Source of the DNA: Spirochaetota bacterium
Lineage (GTDB): Bacteria; Spirochaetota; UBA4802; UBA5368
Assembly (NCBI GenBank): GCA_025457965.1
Contig: JALOTJ010000001.1
Span: 1,271 to 65,270 of the forward strand
Direction: 5' to 3'
DNA: 64,000 nt
The stretch's first letter is position 1; every line of letters starts with the position of its first letter. The position numbers were made by a program, and so were the translations under genes. Positions 37,957 through 47,292 of this stretch are shown in pieces. Under the pieces are notes generated by a model. That model saw only the letters and a list, made by a program, of their open reading frames with translations. It ran no database searches and was not told the DNA's origin.

Positions 37957-38856
37957 TCAGACGCGCTGGAGGTGTCTGAAGAAGGCTCTGCCCTGGTCGG
38001 TCGTGTTGATGCATACGGCGTCGCCGTCGTTCGACTCGGCGTACTCAACCAGACCGAAGTGCCTGAACCAGGTAAACGGGTAAAAGTCCAGAAACGATAT
38101 CAGGAATACATCATCGCGCGCGCCGAATCCGGTCAGATCGAAGAATTCGCCGGCGATGGAGTCGAGGTTGAAGCGGCCGTTCTGCCTCATGATCAGGTCG
38201 ATCAGTATGTGCCTGTTATGCCTGAGCTCGCGCGCTGCCGCCGGATTGGAGGGGAAGATGTCCTCCCAGCGCACCTTGCCCCAGAACGCCGCGAACAGGG
38301 CGGGAAAGACGTTTTCCCCCGTATATTCAGGGCTGATGAGCGCGGAAGTGCCGGCGGTTTCGATTATTCCCGCCGCTTTCATCATGATCACGCACTGCTT
38401 GGCATAGATCTCCAGAAGCTCCGAATCGCCGGATTCCCTGAACAGGTCGGTATCGGCGATGGCATGGACGCACCCGTCATAAAACTCCTGTCCCAGACAC
38501 CTGCCCCGGGCCGCCCTCGCTCCGTTTTTCTTAATGGCATCCGCCACGAACCTGCACAGTCTGACGGCGAAACAGCCCTCCAGTCCCCGCCCCGAAACGG
38601 AGTCGTCGAAACGTGCGAATGTCCTGACGAAACCGCCCGCACGCGGGCGCGCGTCGTACATCCAGGCCTGCTCGCAACTGCGGTTTACCACAATGGAGAA
38701 CAGCGCCGATTTCTCGGCGCCCGGCATATTGACGAACATCCTGTCTATCTCTTTTGCGATCCTGCCGCGGGAAAAATCCATTGAAACGACCTGTTGAACG
38801 AGTAAATTAATTTCATTATCGCACTGGTGCCCGGCTTCACCATGGGTATGTTTCAT
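37957..38856 (-). CDS. Hypothetical protein
   Basis: 299-aa ORF with natural composition and GGAG upstream; no recognised domain. Confidence 0.7.
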   Translation of the reverse strand: MKHTHGEAGHQCDNEINLLVQQVVSMDFSRGRIAKEIDRMFVNMPGAEKSALFSIVVNRSCEQAWMYDARPRAGGFVRTFARFDDSVSGRGLEGCFAVRLCRFVADAIKKNGARAARGRCLGQEFYDGCVHAIADTDLFRESGDSELLEIYAKQCVIMMKAAGIIETAGTSALISPEYTGENVFPALFAAFWGKVRWEDIFPSNPAAARELRHNRHILIDLIMRQNGRFNLDSIAGEFFDLTGFGARDDVFLISFLDFYPFTWFRHFGLVEYAESNDGDAVCINTTDQGRAFFRHLQRV

Positions 38857-38921
38857 ACCGACAAGGTTCTCCCTTTTCTATATGTACGGCCCAGGAAGCG
38901 CCAATGGGAACAATTGCATGG

Positions 38922-38981
38922 TCAATTAATTTCTGTGAAATTAATTGATAATCATTTATATTTAAATTAATTTAAAGTCAA
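38922..38981. promoter_or_regulatory. Two perfect AT-rich palindromes over a minus-strand promoter
   Basis: TCAATTAATTTC-TGT-GAAATTAATTGA (38922-38948), TTTAAATTAATTTAAA (38961-38976) and TTGACT at 38981-38976. Confidence 0.6.
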
Positions 38982-39168
38982 TGAAAATTTGAAAAAGCGA
39001 GCGGGAAAAGCAAAAAAAAACACTTTACCCGACCCGCTTGCGCCTGGTCCATCAAATCACCACAAGCTTTCGCGTTGTTCATAATAATAAAATTAATAAT
39101 AATCGATTATTGATCAGGTCACGTTCTTTGTAGTGCAGGATGCCCGGACAACGGAGAAGCGATCTCGG

Positions 39169-39210
39169 TGTGGATTAGTTTGTGATTAGATTGTGGATAA
39201 TTGTCGACAA
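39169..39210. promoter_or_regulatory. Cluster of DnaA-box-like 9-mers
   Basis: TGTGGATTA 39169, TGTGATTAG 39181, TGTGGATAA 39192 (perfect) and TGTCGACAA 39202, all in the same orientation. Confidence 0.5.
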
Positions 39211-39242
39211 GTGTTTCATTTATTACGGAATGTCTTTTTTAA

Positions 39243-39271
39243 TTGCAAAACCACGCGCATCGCCGTATAAT
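39243..39271 (+). promoter_or_regulatory. Sigma70 promoter
   Basis: TTGCAA-N17-TATAAT ending 8 nt before ATG 39280. Confidence 0.7.
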
Positions 39272-39279
39272 CAGGGACT

Positions 39280-40263
39280 ATGAGTATTTATTCCGCGATT
39301 GCGAAGGTCTACAGGCCCGCCGTTTTCCAGGGCGGCCTCGAAAAAAAAGGCTATTTCGAGGGCTGGTATTTCAAGCAGGTATCGGCCGACTCTCGTCGCG
39401 TGCTGGCGTTCATCCCCGGCGTTTCACTCTCCGGAGATCGTCACGCTTTCATACAGATGATCGATGGCATGACGGGCGAATCCCGTTATTTTTCGTACGA
39501 CCTGTCCGATTTCAAATGGAAAAAAGACCGCTTCGAGATCAACATCGGTCCAAGCCGGTTTAGCTCCGAAGGCATGTCAATTGACATACGCTCACAGGGT
39601 ACGCGCGTAAGCGGTACCCTCGAGTTCGCCGATGTGCGCCCCTATCCGGTAAAAACCCTTTCCCCCGGCATCATGGGGTGGTATTCGTTCGTCCCCTCCA
39701 TGGAGTGTTACCACGGCGTCGTCTCCATGGGGCACCGGCTTTCGGGAAGCATCAGCATAGATGACGATACAATCCGCTTCGAAGGAGGACGGGGGTATAT
39801 CGAGAAGGACTGGGGAACCTCCTTTCCCGAGTCGTGGATATGGCTGCAGGGCAACACCTTCCCGGACGGGGAGGCCTCGTTCATGCTTTCAATAGCGAAA
39901 ATCCCCTGGAGGGGAAGGCATTTCAACGGTTTTCTGTGCTTTTTATACGCGGGGGGAAAGCTTCACCGCTTCATGACCTACACGGGGGCTCGGATTAACG
40001 AGATACGCCTGGACGAGGGCCGGCTTTTCGTAACACTTTCCGACCGGCGATACCGGCTCTCCGTTGAGGCCCGGCAACTTGTCACCGGCGCCCTGGCCGC
40101 ACCCGCCATGGGGACCATGAGCCGCCCCATCAAGGAATGCGGCAACGCACGCCTGGTTGTGCGACTTGAGGACGCCGCGGGTCGCATTCTTTTTGAGGCG
40201 TCCGACGCAACCGCCGGGATGGAGGCGTTGGGCGACGTTATCAACCTCATCCGGAGGAAGTGA
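39280..40263 (+). CDS. Tocopherol-cyclase-family protein
   Basis: YFEGWYFK, GIMGWYSFVPSMECYHGVVSM and GYIEKDWGTSFPESWIWLQ. Confidence 0.85.
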   Translation: MSIYSAIAKVYRPAVFQGGLEKKGYFEGWYFKQVSADSRRVLAFIPGVSLSGDRHAFIQMIDGMTGESRYFSYDLSDFKWKKDRFEINIGPSRFSSEGMSIDIRSQGTRVSGTLEFADVRPYPVKTLSPGIMGWYSFVPSMECYHGVVSMGHRLSGSISIDDDTIRFEGGRGYIEKDWGTSFPESWIWLQGNTFPDGEASFMLSIAKIPWRGRHFNGFLCFLYAGGKLHRFMTYTGARINEIRLDEGRLFVTLSDRRYRLSVEARQLVTGALAAPAMGTMSRPIKECGNARLVVRLEDAAGRILFEASDATAGMEALGDVINLIRRK

Positions 40264-40649
40264 TGAATATGCACGACGCGCTCTTCTGGTTATACCTGGT
40301 AAATTCCGTGGTGCTCATCAACCATGAGATCGAATCGGCGTATTGGAGAGAATGGGAGCTCTTCAGGATTCCGGGAGGAATCACCGGATTTCTCCTCATC
40401 CATTTCCCGGTACTGTTTGTCATGTTTTATGGCCTGGCCTCCCTGAAGGAGAGAGAAACGACCGGGCTCGTCATTTCGCTCCTGGTGTCGCTGGGCGGAT
40501 TGTTCGCGTTCTGCGCCCACTCCTGGTTCATACGACAGGGACGCACGGAGTTCACGCTTCCGATATCGCGCCTTATACTGGCCGTCACGCTCGCGCTCTC
40601 TGTCGCGCAGGGGGCGCTCACGCTGTACCTGCTGCTGATGGGCGGCTGA
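40263..40649 (+). CDS. Small membrane protein (DUF6713-like)
   Basis: INHEIESAYWREWELFRIPGGITGFLLIH; 4 hydrophobic segments. Confidence 0.7.
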   Translation: MNMHDALFWLYLVNSVVLINHEIESAYWREWELFRIPGGITGFLLIHFPVLFVMFYGLASLKERETTGLVISLLVSLGGLFAFCAHSWFIRQGRTEFTLPISRLILAVTLALSVAQGALTLYLLLMGG

Positions 40650-40731
40650 GGGTTCGCCGGCACGCATGGCCGCGGGCCGGACTTATCCGCGTTAAATCCG
40701 AACGATATGGAATATCACCGCGAGGATAAAA

Positions 40732-41511
40732 ATGAAAAACACCGAGACTCCGCAAACCGCTAACCCGGGGCTCTGGCTCGTCATCGCCGCCTCTTCCGGT
40801 GCGCTCTTCATCACCGGGTCATTTTTCTCGATCGACTGGATCAACTATCTCTACGGTACGAACAGCGTCTACCCTGCGTTCGCAAAGCCTGCAGTCTCAC
40901 TGCTCTGCGCCCTCATAGTGTTCGGCATCGGGAGGAACGGCCTGGGCTCGCGCGATACGCTCCTGCTCGTCGTTTCCTATATCTGCATAGTCATCGTCGA
41001 CGCTGCCATGAGCGTCTGGGTGTACCACGACGACGCTTCGCTTAAAAACGCCGCCTTCCTCATCGGCGCCGCGCTCTCAATCATAGCGCACGTCCTGCTC
41101 ATTATACGCCACGCGCGAGGCTTCCATTTCCTTCGCTCCGGCTCAACGTTCGCGCGCCGCGCCGCCTTCCCGCTCTGTTTCTATGTTCCGGTCGCTGTCA
41201 TCTTCATGTTCCTCGCCGCTCCGCTGCATGCCGCCGGGCAGTTCTATCCCTCGCTGTTTTACGCCCTCATCCTCACCACCTCGCTCTGGGTGGGATGGGA
41301 AACGGTCCGAAACCACCTGTTCCCCGCGCGAAACGCCTGGCTCATCGCGATGGGCGTCAGCTCCTGGTTCGCAACCGAGATAATCGGCGTGCTGTACAAC
41401 ATACGGGTAGAGTCGATAGCGCCGATCTGCATGATCATGACCTGGCTCTTCTACATGCCCGCGATCCTTCTCATCGCGCTCAGCGGTCACCGGTGGGGGA
41501 CCCGGGGCTAA
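40732..41511 (+). CDS. Polytopic membrane protein, YhhN/lysoplasmalogenase-like (divergent)
   Basis: About 8 TMs; AKP, IIAHVLLI, YALIL and WLFY..A..LIALSG patterns. Confidence 0.55.
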   Translation: MKNTETPQTANPGLWLVIAASSGALFITGSFFSIDWINYLYGTNSVYPAFAKPAVSLLCALIVFGIGRNGLGSRDTLLLVVSYICIVIVDAAMSVWVYHDDASLKNAAFLIGAALSIIAHVLLIIRHARGFHFLRSGSTFARRAAFPLCFYVPVAVIFMFLAAPLHAAGQFYPSLFYALILTTSLWVGWETVRNHLFPARNAWLIAMGVSSWFATEIIGVLYNIRVESIAPICMIMTWLFYMPAILLIALSGHRWGTRG

Positions 41512-41527
41512 GCACAACGGCCGACCC

Positions 41528-41983
41528 ATGGGCACGATCGATATAACCGGGGTCCCGCTATCCGGGATCGAAATTATCAGGCCCCTGTGGGAGAAACTCA
41601 GGCTCCACCACCTGCAGCGCGCGCAGCATTTCAGCGGGTACTACGAAACATTCACCTTCGGGAGGCGAATCGATAAGTTCCTTGACGAAGGTATCGATAG
41701 CAATATCGATGTCGCGCGTGACGGCGGGATTGTCATCGGCTACTGCATCAGCACGATCGACCGGCGCGGGCGCGGTGAGATCGATTCGCTTTTTATCGAG
41801 GAGAAGTATCGCCGCGAGGGTATCGGGACCGAATTTATGAGGAGGGCCCTCGATTGGATCGACGGCCGGGGCGCGACCGAAATCGCTATTGTCGTGGCCG
41901 CGGGTAATGAGGAAGCGCTTCCTTTCTACCGGAGATATGGTTTTTTTCCGGCATACACAACCCTGAAGCTGAAAAACGAATAG
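41528..41983 (+). CDS. GNAT-family N-acetyltransferase
   Basis: SLFIEEKYRREGIG and N..AL.FYRRYGF. Confidence 0.92.
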   Translation: MGTIDITGVPLSGIEIIRPLWEKLRLHHLQRAQHFSGYYETFTFGRRIDKFLDEGIDSNIDVARDGGIVIGYCISTIDRRGRGEIDSLFIEEKYRREGIGTEFMRRALDWIDGRGATEIAIVVAAGNEEALPFYRRYGFFPAYTTLKLKNE

Positions 41984-41992
41984 ATCCGGCAA

Positions 41993-42835
41993 TCACTCGA
42001 AGCGCATTGAAAGATCAAAGACCCTGACCGAATGGGTGAGGGCGCCGATAGAGATGAAATCGACCGCCAGGTCGGCGACCTCCCGGATGCGCCCCTCGTC
42101 CATGTTTCCCGAAACCTCGATCTTCGCGCGTCCGCCGATTATCGCTATCGCCTCGAGCATGGGCTCCCTCTCCATGTTGTCGAGCATGATGATGTCCGCG
42201 CCCGCCTCGGCCGCCTCGCGCGCCTCGGCCGTCGTGGTGACCTCGACCTCGACCCTGTAGCGCACCCCGTGGGCCGAGCGGACCTTCCGTACAGCCCCGG
42301 TGATGCCGCCCGCGGCCCTGATATGATTGTCCTTGATCATTACCATGTCGAACAGGCCCATGCGGTGGTTGGTGCCGCCTCCCGCCGCCACCGCGTACTT
42401 GTCGAGAAGTCGAAGTCCCGGCGCGGTCTTTCGCGTATCGAGTATGCGGATGGCCGTTCCCGCGACCAGTTTCATCGCGAGGTCGGTCCCGGTCGCTATC
42501 CCCGACATCCTCTGCGCGAAGTTGAGGGCGGTCCGCTCGCCGGCAAGCACCGCCGCGGTGCGCCCCGACACCATGAACGCCGTCTCGCCGCGCGCGATCC
42601 GCTCGCCGTCACTCTTCACCAGCGACACCCGCACCCCGGGATCCACGCGCCGATATACCATTTTAACGACTCCGCCGCCGCAAAAGACCCCGTCCTGTTT
42701 TGCGACCACCCTCGCCGTTGAGACCTCCGCTCCCGTGAATATCGCCTCCGAGGTAATGTCGCCCCCGCCTATGTCCTCCTTCAGTGCGGCATCGACAATG
42801 GGGAGGATATCGATTTCGTTCGGCATTGGTATCAT
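41993..42835 (-). CDS. nadC: Nicotinate-nucleotide diphosphorylase (carboxylating)
   Basis: [32 protein letters not shown] and SIGALTHS. Confidence 0.97.
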   Translation of the reverse strand: MIPMPNEIDILPIVDAALKEDIGGGDITSEAIFTGAEVSTARVVAKQDGVFCGGGVVKMVYRRVDPGVRVSLVKSDGERIARGETAFMVSGRTAAVLAGERTALNFAQRMSGIATGTDLAMKLVAGTAIRILDTRKTAPGLRLLDKYAVAAGGGTNHRMGLFDMVMIKDNHIRAAGGITGAVRKVRSAHGVRYRVEVEVTTTAEAREAAEAGADIIMLDNMEREPMLEAIAIIGGRAKIEVSGNMDEGRIREVADLAVDFISIGALTHSVRVFDLSMRFE

Positions 42836-44838
42836 TTTTTTGCCTTCTCCAGCAGGGACAGTTTCTTCTCGGCCTCCATCATCTGGTCGCGCAGCACCGC
42901 GGCCTTTTCGAATTCGAGGTTCGTCGCCGCCTCCAGCATATCGGTGCGGATGGTTTCAATGAGACCTCTAAGCGTTTCTGGATTCGAGGTGCGGTAGGCG
43001 TTTTTGTACTCGGCAACATATGAGTCGTACTCGTCGACGCCGCGGTATTCCCGCTCGATGATATCCAGGATTTCCTTCGAGATGGATGCGGGGGTGATTT
43101 CATGCTCCACATTGTAGCGGTGCTGTATCTCCCGGCGGCGGTTCGTCTCGTCGATCGCCGTACGCATCGAGGGCGTTATCTTTTCGGCGTACATTATGAC
43201 CGTTCCGGCAAGGTTGCGAGCGGCGCGCCCCGCCGTCTGAATGAGCGAGCGGGCAGAGCGCAGAAAGCCCTCCCTGTCGGCGTCGAGGATGGCCACCAGC
43301 GATACCTCGGGGATGTCCAGTCCCTCGCGCAGAAGGTTGATACCTACCAGGCAGTCGAACTCGCCCTTCCTTAGATCGCGTATGATTTCAACGCGCTCGA
43401 TGGTTTCGATCTCGGAATGAAGGTACTTCGCGCGGATGCCGGCATTTTCGAGATAGGCGGTGAGGTCCTCGCTCATCTTCTTGGTGAGCGTCGTCACCAG
43501 CACGCGCTCATTCCGCTCCGCGCGCCTGCGCACCTCGCCGATCAGGTCGTCGACCTGGTTTTGCGCCGGGCGCACCTCGATCGCCGGATCGATGAGCCCG
43601 GTGGGCCGTATCACCTGCTCCACGATACGCGAGCTCACGGAGAGTTCGTAATCCGCGGGGGTTGCCGAAACGAAAACGGCGCGGTCTATAATTCGCTCGA
43701 ACTCCTCGAAATAGAGCGGCCGATTGTCGAGCGCCGACGGAAGGCGGAAGCCGTATTCCACCAGGTTCGTCTTTCGTGAACGGTCCCCCTCGAACATGCC
43801 GCGCACCTGCGGCAGGGTGACGTGCGACTCGTCAACAAAGAGCATTAAGTTTCCCTTGAAATAATCCAGTAGCGTCGGCGGTGGCTCCCCCGCGCCCCGG
43901 CGGCCGATGATGCGCGAGTAATTCTCGACGCCCGAACAGTAGCCCATCTCCAGGAGCATCTCCATGTCGTAGCGTGTGCGGCTTTCCAGCCGCTGGGCCT
44001 CGAGCAGTTTGCCCTCGGCCTTGAGGTGCGCGAGCCGCCCGGCCAGCTCCTCTTCGATCATCCGTACCGTGACCTTAATCTCGTCTCCCGTCGAAACGAA
44101 GTGCTTGGCGGGATAGATATAGGTGCTGTCGACCTTCTCGATCTTCCTGCCGGTCAGCGGATCGGTGCGGTGTATGGCCTCGATCTGATCACCAAAAAAC
44201 TCCACGCGTACCGATTCCTGCAGGTAGGCCGGGTAAACCTCGACCATGTCGCCCCGGACCCTGAAAGTGCCGCGGGTGAAGGAGATGTCGTTCCGCGTGT
44301 AGTGGATGGCCACAAGGCGACGCAGCAGCTCATCGCGCCCGAAGTCGTCACCCACCCGCAGGGGGACGTGCAGCTTTTCGAAGTCATCCGGGCTTCCCAG
44401 TCCGTAGATACACGAAACCGAGGACACCACGATGACATCGCTTCGGGTCAGGATCGAGGAGGTCGCCTTCAGACGCAGGCGGTCGATCTCGTCATTGATC
44501 GACGCGTCCTTTTCTATATAAAGGTCCTGGGAGGCCACGTAGGCCTCGGGCTGGTAATAGTCATAGTACGAAACGAAATACTCGACCGCGTTCTGGGGAA
44601 AAAACTCCTTGAACTCACGGTAGAGCTGGGCCGCGAGGGTCTTGTTGTGCGTGAGGACCAGCGCCGGCTTCTGCACCCGCTCGATCACCTTGGCCATCGT
44701 AAAGGTTTTACCCGAGCCGGTAACGCCGAGGAGGGTCTGGTACTTCAGGCCCTCGCCGATTCCCTTCGCCAGGAGATCGATCGCGCGTTCCTGGTCACCC
44801 GAGGGCCTGTACCGCGATATCACTTTGAACGGGGGCAT
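42832..44838 (-). CDS. uvrB: Excinuclease ABC subunit B
   Basis: [31 protein letters not shown] and C-terminal [14 protein letters not shown]. Confidence 0.98.
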   Translation of the reverse strand: MPPFKVISRYRPSGDQERAIDLLAKGIGEGLKYQTLLGVTGSGKTFTMAKVIERVQKPALVLTHNKTLAAQLYREFKEFFPQNAVEYFVSYYDYYQPEAYVASQDLYIEKDASINDEIDRLRLKATSSILTRSDVIVVSSVSCIYGLGSPDDFEKLHVPLRVGDDFGRDELLRRLVAIHYTRNDISFTRGTFRVRGDMVEVYPAYLQESVRVEFFGDQIEAIHRTDPLTGRKIEKVDSTYIYPAKHFVSTGDEIKVTVRMIEEELAGRLAHLKAEGKLLEAQRLESRTRYDMEMLLEMGYCSGVENYSRIIGRRGAGEPPPTLLDYFKGNLMLFVDESHVTLPQVRGMFEGDRSRKTNLVEYGFRLPSALDNRPLYFEEFERIIDRAVFVSATPADYELSVSSRIVEQVIRPTGLIDPAIEVRPAQNQVDDLIGEVRRRAERNERVLVTTLTKKMSEDLTAYLENAGIRAKYLHSEIETIERVEIIRDLRKGEFDCLVGINLLREGLDIPEVSLVAILDADREGFLRSARSLIQTAGRAARNLAGTVIMYAEKITPSMRTAIDETNRRREIQHRYNVEHEITPASISKEILDIIEREYRGVDEYDSYVAEYKNAYRTSNPETLRGLIETIRTDMLEAATNLEFEKAAVLRDQMMEAEKKLSLLEKAKK

Positions 44839-44845
44839 GGTGCAT

Positions 44846-45490
44846 TCAGGAGGCGCCGGTGAATTTTTCGCCGTCAAGAACAAACATGCCGTACTGGGCG
44901 AACAGATTGGCCGCGGCGACGGTCGGCAGCGACACGCCCCCGACTCCGACGTTGAAGTGACGCTCTTTCTTGACCGGGTAGTGGTTCCCGCGGCAATAGC
45001 GCAGGAAGTCTCTTATGGTCAGAAGGTGGATGTTCGGCGACTCGTACCACTCGTACGGCAACAGCCTGTTCTTCGGCATGGTGCCCTTGCAGAGGAGCTG
45101 CAGCCGGATTTGATAGTACCCGAAATTCGGAAAGCTTATAATTGCGTTCTTACCGATACGCATGATCTCCGCCAGCACGTATTCCGGCTTTTTCGTGCTC
45201 TGCAGTGTCTGGTTGAGGATCACATAATCGAACGAGTTGCTCTTGTAATCGGCAAGGCCGTCGTCGATGTCACCCTGGTAGCAGTACAGGCCCTTCTCCA
45301 GGCACATGCTCACCCCCTCGGCCGAGAGCTCGACGCCATACCCGTCTATCTTCTTTACGCGCTGGAGCGTGTAAAGCAGCACCCCGTCGCCGCAGCCCAG
45401 GTCGAGTACACGCGAATGCGCGGGGACTTCCTCGATAATGATGTCGTACCCTGCGCGGATCTCGCCGCCGTGTTCAGCCGTGCTTTTCAA
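44846..45490 (-). CDS. metW: Methionine biosynthesis protein MetW
   Basis: [16 protein letters not shown] and [11 protein letters not shown]; follows metX. Confidence 0.93.
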   Translation of the reverse strand: MKSTAEHGGEIRAGYDIIIEEVPAHSRVLDLGCGDGVLLYTLQRVKKIDGYGVELSAEGVSMCLEKGLYCYQGDIDDGLADYKSNSFDYVILNQTLQSTKKPEYVLAEIMRIGKNAIISFPNFGYYQIRLQLLCKGTMPKNRLLPYEWYESPNIHLLTIRDFLRYCRGNHYPVKKERHFNVGVGGVSLPTVAAANLFAQYGMFVLDGEKFTGAS

Positions 45491-46637
45491 ACTGGCTCCT
45501 CAGGAAGTTCGCGATATTGCGCTGTGTCTGCCTGTCGTCGAGAAGAAAGGTGTCATGCCCGGTGTCCGAATCGATCTCGGTATAACCAACGTGCTTGCCG
45601 CAGGCACGAAGGGCCCGCACGATCTCCCTTGACTGTTCGCTCGGGTAAAGCCAGTCGGAGGTATAGCTGATAATGAGGAAATCGGCCTCCACCTTCTCGA
45701 ATGCCGCGCCGAGACTGCCGTAATCGGCCTTCAGGTCGAAGTAATCGATCGCCTTGGTGATGTACAGGTACGAGTTCGCGTCGAAGCGGTTTACGAACTT
45801 TATCCCCTGGTGGTGCAGGTACGACTCCACCATGAACTCGGACTCGAAATTGAAGCTGAACAGGTCGGCGTCCTGCAGCCGGCGCCCGAATTTCTCGTGC
45901 ATAAGCTGTTCGCTCATATAGGTGATGTGGCCGATCATGCGCGCGAGCCCCAGCCCCGCCTCGGGCTTATTCCCCCCATAATAGTCGCCGCCGCACCAGT
46001 TCGGATCGCGAAATATCGCCTGGCGCCCCACCTCGTTGAACGCGATCCCCTGTGCGGAAAGCGAAGCCGAGCTCGCCAGGGGAATCGCCGAGGCGACCAT
46101 GCCGGGATACGAGATGCACCACTGAAGCGCCTGCATACCGCCCATGGAGCCGCCCGCCACCGCAAGCAGGCGGTCAATACCGAGATGCCGCACCAGATGG
46201 TACTGCGCGTTCACCATGTCATGAATCGTCACGATCGGGAAGCTCAGCCCGTATTCCTTTCCGGTGCCCGGGTCGATGGAGGCGGGCCCCGTCGATCCCG
46301 TACATCCTCCTATGACGTTCGAGCAGATAATGAAATACCTGTTCGTATCGAAGGTCTTTCCCGGGCCGACATAGAGGTCCCACCAGCCGGGATACAGATC
46401 ATCGTTGCTGTTATATCCGGCCGCGTGTGCGGAGCCGGAAAGAGCATGCAACAGGAGCACGGCGTTCGTGCGCTCCGCGTTGAGATTCCCGTAGGTTTCG
46501 TAGGCGAGCGTTACCGGCCCGAGACTCCTGCCGGAAACCAGCCGCATCTCATCCGGTATAACGGCGAAGGTGAAGTATTCGGTTTTGACAAGACCTACCG
46601 AGTCATCGGGTACGTCGAGTATTCCATTCGTCTTCAT
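45474..46637 (-). CDS. metX: Homoserine O-acetyltransferase
   Basis: HALSGSAH, GGSMGGMQ, RFDANSY and GHDTFL. Confidence 0.95.
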   Translation of the reverse strand: MKTNGILDVPDDSVGLVKTEYFTFAVIPDEMRLVSGRSLGPVTLAYETYGNLNAERTNAVLLLHALSGSAHAAGYNSNDDLYPGWWDLYVGPGKTFDTNRYFIICSNVIGGCTGSTGPASIDPGTGKEYGLSFPIVTIHDMVNAQYHLVRHLGIDRLLAVAGGSMGGMQALQWCISYPGMVASAIPLASSASLSAQGIAFNEVGRQAIFRDPNWCGGDYYGGNKPEAGLGLARMIGHITYMSEQLMHEKFGRRLQDADLFSFNFESEFMVESYLHHQGIKFVNRFDANSYLYITKAIDYFDLKADYGSLGAAFEKVEADFLIISYTSDWLYPSEQSREIVRALRACGKHVGYTEIDSDTGHDTFLLDDRQTQRNIANFLRSQFEKHG

Positions 46638-46671
46638 GCGTTCGCCCGGCCAAGCGGGTCTTCTCTCCAAT

Positions 46672-46708
46672 AAAAAAACCGCGTATCTGAAACAGGCGAT
46701 AGCGGTTT
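46672..46708 (-). terminator. Intrinsic terminator (expression platform of the SAM riboswitch)
   Basis: Minus strand AAACCGC-TATC...GATA-C-GCGGTTT followed by a T run. Confidence 0.8.
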
Positions 46709-46724
46709 ATTCTTCGATAAACTG

Positions 46725-46833
46725 CCATCCCATCTCCCGGATTGTCATCCGCTGGAGTTGGCACCTTCCCCCTTCCGGGGACGGTTGCCGTGGCTTCTCG
46801 GGGCCAGTCCCTCCACCACTCTGGATAAGATAG
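46725..46833 (-). ncRNA. SAM-I (S-box) riboswitch
   Basis: CTTATCCAGAGTGGTGGAGGGACTGGCCC...GGCAACC...GGTGCCAACTCC...GAGATGGG, upstream of metX. Confidence 0.97.
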
Positions 46834-47292
46834 CGCGATGTACAGGTACGCCGCCCGCGGCGGTGTCCGTAAGGGGCTCACTATGCGCCCCTTGCCAAAG
46901 CGATGTCAATAAAAAATGTCCGCTTTGCTTGCTGAAATATATCGCAAATTCCGCTCGTGAGCATCAAAAAATACGCTTCGCCGGCCGGGTTGCAAAGGTT
47001 TTCAACCTGGGTGAACGCCCTAATGCAAATATATACATTCATATTAATATGTCATGTTTCACCGATAAAATAAAGTTGACAACCTTCCCAACGGTTACGT
47101 AATGGACTTTGAGTAGTCAGGTTTGCATTGGAGTTGTTGCGGGACCCGGCAATACAGGTTTTTCCCGTCGCAGGCGCGGAAAGCCGTCCTATTCGCCATG
47201 GATGCAACAGATCTGTTCCGTGAGAGTTCATTGAGAACTCAATTTATCACCAGCGATTATCGTTTCATATCTAACAGAAGCGGAGGATTCTT

